This document shows positions 35,976-45,037 of a stretch of DNA of 64,000 nucleotides, one piece after another. Made by a program: the position numbers and the translations under genes. Origin of the DNA: Bacillota bacterium. GTDB lineage: Bacteria > Bacillota > Clostridia > Christensenellales > UMGS416. The stretch spans positions 11 through 64,010 of the forward strand of contig JAEYPH010000036.1 of assembly GCA_023410875.1 (NCBI GenBank). The letters run 5' to 3'. The notes under the pieces were generated by a model. That model had not been told where the DNA came from, searched no databases, and worked only from the letters and a program-made list of their open reading frames with translations. The stretch's first letter is position 1; each line of letters begins with the position of its first letter.

Positions 35976-38900
35976 GTGAGTGAAATAGCCATCAACCGCA
36001 GCGCGATGAACGATCTGTTTCTCGCGCAAAGCTATCTGGACAGCTGGAACGAATACCAATATGTGTTGACCCATAACAAGGCGCCGCGCTGGGATTGGTT
36101 TGTCATCACCGCTTCCAATGAGGAGCAGGCCAGCGCCTATCGCCTGCAGATCGAGCGCCGCCAGGCGCTGGGGCTGCTGGCCCATGGCACGCGCTTTGCC
36201 GTGATCGCTGACCCCGAGGGCAAGCGCGTGGGCAGCGGCGGGGCCACGCTCAACGTGCTGCGCCACATCGCCCGGGAGACCGGCCGAACCGATTTTACCG
36301 GCCTGCGCATCGCCCTGCTGCACAGCGGCGGCGACAGCAAGCGCATTCCCCAGTATTCCGCGCTGGGCAAGCTGTTCTCCTATGTGCCGCGGCAGCTGCC
36401 GGATGGCCGCGTCAGCACGCTGTTCGATGAGTTTATCCTTTCACTGTCAGGGCTGCCCGGTCGCATGAGCGACGGCCTGCTGGTGCTGAGCGGCGACGTG
36501 CTGCTGCTGTTCAACGCCCTGCAGATCGATCTGCAGCTGGAGGGCGCAGCCTGCATCTCTATGAAGGCGCTGGTGCAGACCGGCGTGAACCACGGCGTGT
36601 TCTTGAGCGACAGCCAGGGCAGGGTGGAGCGTTTCCTGCACAAGCTGCCCGAGGCGCAGCTTCGCGCGCTGGGGGCCGTGAATGAGCGAGGCTGCGTGGA
36701 CATCGATACCGGCGCCATATGGCTTTCCGGCCAGGTGACCACGGCGCTGTACTCGGTGGTGTTGCGCGATGGTCAGCCCGAAGAGGAGTTGTTTGATCGC
36801 TACGTCAACAGCCGCGAGCGTCTGAGTTTTTATGGGGATTTCCTTTTCCCGCTGGCGCATGCGTCCACGCTGGAAGATTATCAGGACCAGGCGGCGGAGG
36901 GCGAGGCCGGGCCGGCGCTGGAAGCTTGCCGTTTGGCGCTTTGGCAGGCGCTGCACGGCTACCCGTTGCACATCATTCGCATGGCTCCGGCGGAGTTCAT
37001 TCACTTTGGCACCACGGCGGAATTGCGCACGCTGATGCTCTCGGCCGGCAGCCGCTATAGCCATCTGGATTGGAACAGCCACGTTTTGGCCGTGGGCCAG
37101 GGCGCGGATCTGGCCATGGTCAACAGCATCGTGCGAGAAGGCGCACAGGCGCAAGCCGGTTGCTATCTGGAGGATACCGAACTGCTGCCCGGCGCAAGGC
37201 TGGGCAGCGGCTGCGTGCTCAGCCATGTAACCTTTGGCGCGGAACTGCCCGCAGGCAGCCTGCTGCACATGCTGCCCCAGGCCGGCGGGGGCTTTGCCGC
37301 TCGTCTGTGTGCAGTGGGAGACAACCCCAAGCTGGGTCTGCGCGACGGCGGCACGCTGCTTGGGTGCTCGCTGGAGGACTTCCTGCGCGTCAATGCGATA
37401 CGGGAGACCGACGTCTGGCCCGGCGGGGACCGTTCGCTGTGGACGGCGCGGCTGTATCCCCTGGCCGCCACGGCCGACGAGGCGGTTCAGGCTTCGCTGG
37501 CTTTGCTGCGCATGGCCCGCGGCGAGGCCCCGGCGCAGGCCGTGGCTGCCTGGCTGGCAGCGCCGCGCATCAGCCTTATGGACAGCTTCGAACGCGCCGA
37601 CGTAGGGGCTATCCTGCGCCAGAGCGCCGCATTGGAGGATCGCATCCGTTCCTCACTCTTTATCACGCGGTTGGCCGAGGGGTGCAAGGCTTCGGAGGCA
37701 GCCCAGGCGCTGGGCGACCGCCAGGCGCTGGTCCGGCGCGCCGCCGTTGCGCTCTCGCAAGCCCAGTGCCTGCCGCCTGAGACCCGCAGCCGTGTGTATC
37801 GCACGCTGGCCTCCTTGAGTGACGAACGCTCCTTGGCCCTGGAGGAAACATCGGAGGCGTTGGAGGATGCCTGCTACCGCCTCATCAACGAACGCATACA
37901 GGAGGTCACCTTCTCGCAGCTTTCCAGCCAGCCGCCCAGGCCGCTGGCCGGGCCGGTGTCCGTCAGCCTGCCGGTGCGGGTGAACTGGGGCGGCGGGTGG
38001 TCCGACACGCCACCCTACTGCCTGGAGCGCGGTGGCACCGTGTTCAACGCCGCCATCACCCTCAAGGGGCAGCGCCCGGTCAAGGTGGCGGTGGAGCCCT
38101 TGGCGCAGCCGCTGGTCGTGCTGCGCAGCGTGGATTTGGGCGTCAGCCGAGTGGCATCCTCCTTCGCCGAGCTGCGGCCCGATGCCGACCCCAACGACCC
38201 TTTCGGCCTGGCCAAGGCGGCGCTGGCCGTGCAGGGATTGCTCCCGGACCCCTCTCGGGAGCCCACCTTTGACCAGTGGTTGCAGGGTCTGGGCGGTGGC
38301 TTTTGCATCAGCTCCGAGGTGGACGTGCCCAAGGGCAGCGGTCTGGGCACCAGCAGCATATTGGCCGGCGCGCTGGTGCAGGCGCTCAGCCGCGCCTTCG
38401 GCCAGCCGCTCACGCTGGATGCTCTCTTTGGCCGCGTGCTGTGCATCGAGCAGATGCTTTCCACCGGCGGAGGCTGGCAGGATCAGGTGGGCGGAATTGT
38501 GCCCGGCATCAAGCTGATCCGCTCGGCCCCCGGTGCGCAGCAGCGCCTGCAGGTGCGGTGTGTTGATCTTTCCCAGCCCACACTGCAGGAGCTTACCGAG
38601 CGCTTCGTGCTCGTGTACACCGGCCAGCGCCGCCTGGCGCGCAACCTGCTGCGGGATATCATGGGCAATTATCTGCTCAACGACCCGCAAACGGTGCAGA
38701 TTCTCAACGATATCCAGCAGTTGGCGGTGCTGATGTGCTTCGATCTGGAGCGCGGTGATGTGGACGGCTTTGCCCGCCTGCTGGACCGCCATTGGGAGCT
38801 CAGCCGCAAGCTGGACCCCGGCTCCACCAATACGTGCATCGATCAGATCGTCGCCGAATGCCGACCCTACATCGACGGTGTGATGATCGCCGGCGCCGGC

Positions 38901-39026
38901 GGCGGCGGCTTTTTGCAGATGGTGCTCAAGCGAGGCGTGACCGCCGCGCAGCTGAGCGACTGCCTGGCCGACGTGTTTCAGGACAACGGCATCGCCGTGT
39001 GGGAGAGCGCGTTTTCTTTTGAATAA
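35976..39026 (+). CDS. fkp: bifunctional L-fucokinase / fucose-1-phosphate guanylyltransferase (Fkp-like)
   Basis: N-terminal WDWFVITASNEEQASAYRLQIERR...VIADPEGKRVGSGGATLNVL (Fkp pyrophosphorylase part). C-terminal GHMP kinase with PKGSGLGTSSILAGALV and GAGGGGFL. 1016 aa. Start (GTG 35976 or ATG 36006) uncertain. Confidence 0.85.
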   Translation: MSEIAINRSAMNDLFLAQSYLDSWNEYQYVLTHNKAPRWDWFVITASNEEQASAYRLQIERRQALGLLAHGTRFAVIADPEGKRVGSGGATLNVLRHIARETGRTDFTGLRIALLHSGGDSKRIPQYSALGKLFSYVPRQLPDGRVSTLFDEFILSLSGLPGRMSDGLLVLSGDVLLLFNALQIDLQLEGAACISMKALVQTGVNHGVFLSDSQGRVERFLHKLPEAQLRALGAVNERGCVDIDTGAIWLSGQVTTALYSVVLRDGQPEEELFDRYVNSRERLSFYGDFLFPLAHASTLEDYQDQAAEGEAGPALEACRLALWQALHGYPLHIIRMAPAEFIHFGTTAELRTLMLSAGSRYSHLDWNSHVLAVGQGADLAMVNSIVREGAQAQAGCYLEDTELLPGARLGSGCVLSHVTFGAELPAGSLLHMLPQAGGGFAARLCAVGDNPKLGLRDGGTLLGCSLEDFLRVNAIRETDVWPGGDRSLWTARLYPLAATADEAVQASLALLRMARGEAPAQAVAAWLAAPRISLMDSFERADVGAILRQSAALEDRIRSSLFITRLAEGCKASEAAQALGDRQALVRRAAVALSQAQCLPPETRSRVYRTLASLSDERSLALEETSEALEDACYRLINERIQEVTFSQLSSQPPRPLAGPVSVSLPVRVNWGGGWSDTPPYCLERGGTVFNAAITLKGQRPVKVAVEPLAQPLVVLRSVDLGVSRVASSFAELRPDADPNDPFGLAKAALAVQGLLPDPSREPTFDQWLQGLGGGFCISSEVDVPKGSGLGTSSILAGALVQALSRAFGQPLTLDALFGRVLCIEQMLSTGGGWQDQVGGIVPGIKLIRSAPGAQQRLQVRCVDLSQPTLQELTERFVLVYTGQRRLARNLLRDIMGNYLLNDPQTVQILNDIQQLAVLMCFDLERGDVDGFARLLDRHWELSRKLDPGSTNTCIDQIVAECRPYIDGVMIAGAGGGGFLQMVLKRGVTAAQLSDCLADVFQDNGIAVWESAFSFE

Positions 39027-39229
39027 GTACCGCTGTTGCCGAAAGCAAAGCCGTTTTCAGATTGTTCACAAAATGGAAACCCCTTCGTAACAACATTCGC
39101 CGGGTTTCGCGCTATACTGTAGGCATAGACAGACGAACAGGCCCCGTTGGGGCCGTGCATAGATGTCAGCCGCAATGGGCGAAAGACGGCGGGGACGCCC
39201 TCTGCGGCAAGCAAACAAACCGCCGTTTG

Positions 39230-39259
39230 GGATCGCGTAAAGCGGTCCTTTTTTGTTTT
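39230..39259 (+). terminator. intrinsic terminator about 200 nt downstream of fkp
   Basis: GGATCGC-gtaaa-GCGGTCC followed by TTTTTTGTTTT. Confidence 0.7.
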
Positions 39260-39272
39260 CAGAAGTGGCATG

Positions 39273-39307
39273 AGAAAAAAGATCAGCCCGGCACAAGTCC
39301 GGGCTGA
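39273..39307 (-). terminator. intrinsic terminator of the peptidase gene
   Basis: Minus strand reads TCAGCCCGG-acttgtg-CCGGGCTGA followed by TCTTTTTTCTC, about 20 nt after the stop at 39326. Confidence 0.75.
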
Positions 39308-39325
39308 CCAGGTTACCTTAGTGGA

Positions 39326-42097
39326 TCAATAGTGCTTGTATGCGACGACGCTTGAGAATGGCCCGTAATACTTAGTGGTACCGACTATGCGGTAGGCGCG
39401 CACCTTGTAGTAATAGGTCTTTCCCTTTGTGAGTTTGCCGCTGACAAAAGACAACGCCGTAGTCTCTGTGCTCTTGTAATACGTACCGGTTGCGGAGGTT
39501 GCACGGTAGACCTCATACTTCATCGCGCCGGTGACAGCGGCCCAGGTCAGCTTGACGCTGGTAGAAGAGGCTTTGGCCGCCTTTAAGCCGGTCGGTCTGG
39601 CGGGCAAAGGCGTGGCCTTGACTGCGACGCTATAACCGCCGTAATACTTGATACCGTTGACCTGACGATAGGCACGCACCTTGTAGTAATAAGCCTTGCC
39701 GGTGGTCAGGCCGGAGCCGGTGTAGCTGGCAGACGACACATCGGTTAGCTTGGTGTACTTGCCTGTGCTGGTGGAGGCGCGATAGATCTCATACTTCGTC
39801 GCGCCGGCGACTGCAGCCCAGGTTAGCTTGACGCTGTTGTAGGTCGTGGAGGCCACCTTGACCGTGGGCGTGGCCGGCACGGCCTTGGCGGGCACCACTG
39901 CGCTGTAGCCGCCATACGTGACCGTACTGCCAGCGATGAACTTCGCGCGCACCTTGTAATAGTACGTCTTACCGGTGACCAAGCCGGTGCCGGTGTAGCT
40001 GGGAGACGACACATCAGGCAGCTTGATGTACGTGCCCGTGCTGCTGGTCGCGCGATAAACCTCATACTTCGCCGCGACGGATACCGATGTCCAGGTCAGC
40101 TTGATGCTGTTGTAGGAAGTGGAAACCGCCTTGAGGTTGACTGGCGTGGCGATCTTGGCAAATTCAGCCGTGAGCGTGCGGCTTTTCGATGCGGTAAACT
40201 TGTATTCCGCACTCGTGGATACGGCGGCGGTCCCTTCCAGCCAGCGCACGAACCGATAACCCGCCTTGGGTACTGCCTTCACAGTGGCTTGGGCGCCAGG
40301 GGCGTAGCTGCCGCCGCCGCTGACCGATCCATAACTCGTGTTGTTGGCCTTGACAGTGATGCTGTAGGCGCTGTTCACGGCGGCATAGGCGTTCGTCAGG
40401 CCATAGCCATACACAGTGTCATAGCCAGGAGTTCCAAGATCAGTGCTGCTCTTGGTGATGGTACTGGCGATCTGGGTGGGTGTATATGTGGGGAAGCGGG
40501 CCTTGATCAGCGCAGCGATGGCGGCTATATGAGGAGCGGCGGCGCTGGTTCCATAGAAGGGATCGGAGAACCCACCCGCACCTGTGACGTTTACGCCGTC
40601 GGCGCCGCACACATCGGGCTTGTTGCGCTTGCCGGTGAGCGTCGTAACAGGGCCTTGGGAGGAGAAGGATTCAATTGTGGGAGGAGTACCGGGGTTTACA
40701 GCATCTATAGCGCCGCAGGCAATGACGCCGGGCACAGCCGCATGTCCAAAGATTGAATCCGTCTTGACGATGTTGTTGGTGTACATGGGAGCGCCGTAGA
40801 CATAAACCTCCAGCTCTTTGGGGGTAGGAGCATTGTATCTTTTTACAGAAATGGCGTAATTGACGTATGAGCCACTGCTGTTCTGTACAGCAACAGCCTC
40901 CATGGGCATTTTTGTATCAGCATTGGATGTATAGCTCGCGGTGGCCGCGCCTGTGCTCATATTGAACACGTACAGGTCATAATCGCTCAAACCGGTGGAA
41001 TCAAAGGGCTCCTTCCACTGCAGAACGATCCTAGCGGATCTTCCGGGACCTAATTGGAAATAGAGATCCTCGGTCTCGCTGGTTCCGTGGCTGAAGTCAT
41101 GCCAGTTATTGTACTTCGCGCTATTTGTATAGACGCCCTGATAGTGACTGGACGCGGCGTTGCCCGCGGAGCTCACAAGCAACACTTTGTTCTGCGCTGT
41201 GATTTCCTTAAAGTGGCTGGCGATCACGCCATCCTCAAAGAAGGGCTCGAGTATCCAGCCGATGTCGTCAACGACGATGGTGCAGCCGGCGGCGATCAGA
41301 TCGTCCACGGCCTCATTGAAGGCGAGGACGTTGTCTCCGCAATCATGGAAATACAGCTTCGCGCCAGGCGCCATGTCGTAGACGATCTCCAACATGGCGG
41401 TGCCTTCGTCGCCCCCCTGCTCGTTGCTGAGCACAGTAACGCTACTGGGCAAATCGCCTGTGTTTTTTGCAACCTGGATGCTGTCCACACCGTCGGAGAT
41501 GACGCCGATCTTGACGCCTGCGCCGGTGGTCAGCGCGTGGGCCAGATTGGCCTTGTGAAAGCCCACGCCTTCGCTGGTGTCCTGCTTGTTGACGACCGGT
41601 GCCGTGACCTCGCTGATACTGACGACCCAGGTCTGCGCGGACAGCTCCTGCAGTTTCTCCGCGTTTACCCACAACGCCGCCAGCGTATCCTTCTGGTTGG
41701 CGATTTTGCCATAGGACGTAAGCTTGCTAAGATCCGAACTCTTGCTCACCGTGATGTAAACATAGGCCGAAACACCGTTATCGGTGCCCTTGGCAGCGGT
41801 TTTATCCATCTTGGCACTGCCGAACCCTACCAGTTGCTCCTGGTATTGCCCCAGCGTTACACCTTTGGGCAGATAAGTCTGATCGGCCAGCGGCAGCAGG
41901 CCGGAGGACAGCTTTTGCAGTGCCCCTTCAGGCTTCTTGACATCGACAAGGTTAGCGGGCTTTGCCGCATTGCCATGGAACTGCCCCAGGGACTGTGTCG
42001 GCGCGGAGTCGGGGTTCGCGCTGCCTGCGGCGGAGGCCGGCAGGCCACCGGACAACAGCAATACCACGAGGAGAAGAGTCGCTACAAGACGTTTCAT
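39326..42097 (-). CDS. secreted subtilase-fold (S8/S53 superfamily) peptidase with pro-region, InlB-B-repeat-like domain and three FN3 domains
   Basis: Start trimmed to MKRLVATLLLVVLLLSGGLPASAAG (AAGGAAGG RBS). Asp motif KIGVISDGVD, Asn motif VSSAGNAA, Ser motif FYGTSAAAPHIAAIAALI. EGT sits where subtilisins have HGT. Confidence 0.85.
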   Translation of the reverse strand: MKRLVATLLLVVLLLSGGLPASAAGSANPDSAPTQSLGQFHGNAAKPANLVDVKKPEGALQKLSSGLLPLADQTYLPKGVTLGQYQEQLVGFGSAKMDKTAAKGTDNGVSAYVYITVSKSSDLSKLTSYGKIANQKDTLAALWVNAEKLQELSAQTWVVSISEVTAPVVNKQDTSEGVGFHKANLAHALTTGAGVKIGVISDGVDSIQVAKNTGDLPSSVTVLSNEQGGDEGTAMLEIVYDMAPGAKLYFHDCGDNVLAFNEAVDDLIAAGCTIVVDDIGWILEPFFEDGVIASHFKEITAQNKVLLVSSAGNAASSHYQGVYTNSAKYNNWHDFSHGTSETEDLYFQLGPGRSARIVLQWKEPFDSTGLSDYDLYVFNMSTGAATASYTSNADTKMPMEAVAVQNSSGSYVNYAISVKRYNAPTPKELEVYVYGAPMYTNNIVKTDSIFGHAAVPGVIACGAIDAVNPGTPPTIESFSSQGPVTTLTGKRNKPDVCGADGVNVTGAGGFSDPFYGTSAAAPHIAAIAALIKARFPTYTPTQIASTITKSSTDLGTPGYDTVYGYGLTNAYAAVNSAYSITVKANNTSYGSVSGGGSYAPGAQATVKAVPKAGYRFVRWLEGTAAVSTSAEYKFTASKSRTLTAEFAKIATPVNLKAVSTSYNSIKLTWTSVSVAAKYEVYRATSSTGTYIKLPDVSSPSYTGTGLVTGKTYYYKVRAKFIAGSTVTYGGYSAVVPAKAVPATPTVKVASTTYNSVKLTWAAVAGATKYEIYRASTSTGKYTKLTDVSSASYTGSGLTTGKAYYYKVRAYRQVNGIKYYGGYSVAVKATPLPARPTGLKAAKASSTSVKLTWAAVTGAMKYEVYRATSATGTYYKSTETTALSFVSGKLTKGKTYYYKVRAYRIVGTTKYYGPFSSVVAYKHY
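39329..40147 (-). repeat. three tandem ~91-codon FN3-type repeats at the peptidase C-terminus
   Basis: K(L)TW..V..A.KYE(V/I)YRA.S.TG.Y.K......S(Y/F).G.(L).(T)GK.YYYKVRA occurs three times in series. Confidence 0.85.
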
Positions 42098-42146
42098 TGG
42101 ATTCCTTCCTTTCCGTATATGCACTCCATTGCAGTCAAAAGAATGT

Positions 42147-42620
42147 TTAATTTGTGATCGGGGCAGCCACAGCGCGAATGGAGACGACCTCCTGCCGCTC
42201 AGCCAACTCCTTCAAACGATCAACCTCGACATAGGCGGCGATCAGACGATTTTTCTCGTCTTTGTTGCGCAGCTCAAACAGATAGGGCGTGACGGTGTCC
42301 ATGGCAGTGTCCTTCGCAAGCTGCACATAGACATAGGCGCACAGCGCACTGGCGTTGTCTTTTGTTGCTTCCAACACCGAGCCAAGGGCCTGTTGCTGCT
42401 CGAGATAGGAATCCCGGGAGGTGTTCGCCGGCAGGAACTGATCATTCACCAACGCCAGAAGGTCGGAAGACAGCTTTTTCTCGGCGTCATCCATGGACTC
42501 CTTCGGGGGGGGGCTGGCGTCCTGCTTGCCGGCAACCTGTTTTTTGCCACCCGGCGCGCAGCCGCCGAGGAAACTCAGCGTCAGCAGCACCGACAGGAAA
42601 AACGAGATCATCCGCCTCAT
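42147..42620 (-). CDS. lipoprotein homologous to the pro-region of the downstream peptidase
   Basis: MRRMISFFLSVLLTLSFLGGC lipobox. EKKLSSDLLALVNDQFLP...CAYVYVQLAKDTAMDTVTPY...AAYVEVDRLKELAERQEVVSIRAVAAPI aligns with peptidase residues ~69-177 (LQKLSSGLLPLADQTYLP...SAYVYITVSKSSDLSKLTSY...ALWVNAEKLQELSAQTWVVSISEVTAPV). 22-nt gap to the peptidase gene. Confidence 0.8.
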   Translation of the reverse strand: MRRMISFFLSVLLTLSFLGGCAPGGKKQVAGKQDASPPPKESMDDAEKKLSSDLLALVNDQFLPANTSRDSYLEQQQALGSVLEATKDNASALCAYVYVQLAKDTAMDTVTPYLFELRNKDEKNRLIAAYVEVDRLKELAERQEVVSIRAVAAPITN

Positions 42621-42825
42621 TGATATCCTCCTTGTATCGATATGTACAGCAATAAAATGGTAATATCCTCGTTTACTATATTAGTATATTGGCTACAAAT
42701 TCACAATGATGATTTTCAGAAATTTTTATGGTTGTTTTGAATACACCGGAATGAAGGAAACCGTTAAAAACGGCCACCGGCGCAGCGGCTGTGCTATACT
42801 GAGAAAAAGCAAGCAAGGAGTCCGC

Positions 42826-43491
42826 ATGTTCACCAACGATTATGTGATGCGCATGATTGAGCAGTTTGTGCGCGCCATTCAGAAGATCATTGGCCTAAGG
42901 GAATCCGGCGAGCAGGCCGAGGCCAAGGCTCTGCTGGAAGACACCCTGAACGGCTTGCTGGGCATCAACGCCGACACCGTGGACGCGCTGGATTATGACG
43001 GTTTCATCGGCGTGATGAGCGCCGGAGGTGAACTCACGCCGGAACGGTATCTCCTGTTGTCGGAGCTGCTGCGGCTGAAGGCCGATTTTGCGCGAGACGA
43101 GGGCAGGGAAGCTGCCGCCGTGGACCTCTATGACAAGGCGCTGTGCCTCTATCTGGCGGCGCTGGCCGACGAGCCCGCGCTGGATGGGCCGCTGCACACA
43201 GAGCGCGTGGAACGCCTGCTGGCAGCACTGCAGGGCTACCGCCTGAGCGATCGGGCCTATGCCGGGCTGGCGCTGTGGCATGAGCACGCCGGGCGTTATG
43301 GCCGCGCCGAGGACGCCCTTTACGCGCGTATGGATGCCCGAGGCCGCGATGAAGCGTCCATCCACGATACGCTGGCCTTCTATGACCGCCTGTTGGGCCA
43401 AAGCCCGGAGCAGCTGGAGCTGGGAAACCTGCCGCTGGATGAGGTGCAGGCGGCCAGAGAAGAGCTGCTGCGTCGGCTGCCCAGCGCATAG
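42826..43491 (+). CDS. uncharacterised helical (TPR-like) cytoplasmic protein
   Basis: Start trimmed to MFTNDYVMRMIEQFVRAIQKIIG (AAGGAG RBS). All-helical, Leu/Ala-rich. Family not firmly recognised. Confidence 0.7.
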   Translation: MFTNDYVMRMIEQFVRAIQKIIGLRESGEQAEAKALLEDTLNGLLGINADTVDALDYDGFIGVMSAGGELTPERYLLLSELLRLKADFARDEGREAAAVDLYDKALCLYLAALADEPALDGPLHTERVERLLAALQGYRLSDRAYAGLALWHEHAGRYGRAEDALYARMDARGRDEASIHDTLAFYDRLLGQSPEQLELGNLPLDEVQAAREELLRRLPSA

Positions 43492-43621
43492 CTTAGCTCC
43501 TCAGTCCACATAGTTCTACCAACTCCATCTCCGATGGAGTTTTTTCATGCCATGATACTTGAGTATTGACAATGGTATGTGACATACAGTATTATGAGAA
43601 TGAAAACAGGAGGTGATGCGC

Positions 43622-43969
43622 ATGCCGCCATCAGAGGACAGGATGGACAGCCTGATTTCCGAACTGCGCAGGGGCACCGTGGTGCTGGGTGTGCTCAGCT
43701 TGCTGCGGGACAGGCAATATGGTTATTCGCTGACCCAAAGGCTGGCCGAGTTGGGTCTGGAGGTGGACCAGAGCACGCTATACCCGCTGCTGCGGCGGCT
43801 GGAGAAGCAGAACCTGCTGGACAGCGACTGGGCGCTGGAGGAGGCGCGGCCCCGGCGCTACTATGTGCTAAGCGCCCAGGGCCGGCGGATGTTGGAGCAA
43901 TTGACACAGGAATGGGACGCGATCGTGCGCGCTATGGACCGAGCGCTGCACAGGGAAGGGAAGGATTGA
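43622..43969 (+). CDS. PadR-family transcriptional regulator
   Basis: LRRGTVVLGVLSLLRDRQYGYSLTQRLAELGLEVDQSTLYPLLRRLEKQNLL...RRYYVLSAQG; GGAGG 8 nt upstream of ATG 43622. Confidence 0.9.
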   Translation: MPPSEDRMDSLISELRRGTVVLGVLSLLRDRQYGYSLTQRLAELGLEVDQSTLYPLLRRLEKQNLLDSDWALEEARPRRYYVLSAQGRRMLEQLTQEWDAIVRAMDRALHREGKD

Positions 43970-43971
43970 CG

Positions 43972-44964
43972 ATGAACAACGACTTGCTGGAACGGTATCT
44001 ATATGACATCGGCCGGCGCCTGCCGGCCGGACAGAGGGACGATATTCTAAAGGAACTGCGCTCGGCGCTGCTGGACGCGCTGGAGGAGCGTGGTGGCCAG
44101 CTCACGGCCAAGGACATGGTCGAGGTGATCAGGCAATTCGGCCGCCCGGCGGACGTGGCGGCCAAATACACCGGTGAGCGCTCGCTGGTGGGGCCGGCGC
44201 TGCTGCCCACCTATTGGCTGGTGCTCAAAATCGCGCTGGCGGCTACGGCGCTGGCCACGGGCATCGGCGCGGCCTTCGACTTGCCCGCGCTGCAGCCCAC
44301 AACGTCGGTTGTGACCCAATGGCTGGGCCGTGTGATAGGAGATCTGTTCGCCTCCGGTCTCTCGGCTGTGGGCTCGGTGACACTGATTTTCGCCGTCCTG
44401 GAGCGGGTGAACACCGCAAAGAGCATCGCTTCGCTGAGCAGCGACTGGAATCCTTCCGAGCTGCCGCCGGTGCCCGCGCATCACGAAGAGCGCAAGACCG
44501 GCGGTGCCATCGCTACCATCGTGTTTAGCGTTCTGGTGCTGATCGTGTTTCATCAGTACCCCGAAGCCGTGGGATTCTATCACACGGACGGCAACGGGCT
44601 GCAGGCATTCCCGCTGTTTTCGTCGGAGGCGCTCGCAGCTTATTTGCCGCTGTGGACCGTGGGCTGGGCGCTTACGATCGTGCTGTGCGCCGTGGAATTG
44701 GCACAACGGGGAGCGACGGTCCTTACCCGCATTGCCGATACCGTGCTGCAGGCATATTGGGCGTGCGTACTGGTGTTCATGCTCATAGGCCCCACTCTGC
44801 TCAGCGATGAGGTCACGGCTGTGTTCAAAGAGGTGGCGGGAGATGTCGGTTTCATGCAGATCTTTTTGACGCAGCAGTTTCGCTGGGCTCTGGGCATTGC
44901 GCTGGTGGGGACGGTTTATGGTATTGTTCGCAACATCGTGCGTATGGTCTGGCGGAGGAACTAA
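43972..44964 (+). CDS. PadR-associated polytopic membrane protein (DUF1700/HAAS-like N-terminal domain)
   Basis: MNNDLLERYLYDIGRRLPAGQRDDILKELRSALLDALEE followed by about 6 TM segments. Starts 3 nt after the PadR stop. Confidence 0.8.
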   Translation: MNNDLLERYLYDIGRRLPAGQRDDILKELRSALLDALEERGGQLTAKDMVEVIRQFGRPADVAAKYTGERSLVGPALLPTYWLVLKIALAATALATGIGAAFDLPALQPTTSVVTQWLGRVIGDLFASGLSAVGSVTLIFAVLERVNTAKSIASLSSDWNPSELPPVPAHHEERKTGGAIATIVFSVLVLIVFHQYPEAVGFYHTDGNGLQAFPLFSSEALAAYLPLWTVGWALTIVLCAVELAQRGATVLTRIADTVLQAYWACVLVFMLIGPTLLSDEVTAVFKEVAGDVGFMQIFLTQQFRWALGIALVGTVYGIVRNIVRMVWRRN

Positions 44965-45037
44965 AAGACCGCTGCCCTGCAACTTGCAATATGGTATAAT
45001 AGTCATAGTGGCATAGAAAGTGAAGGGGGAGTCACCC

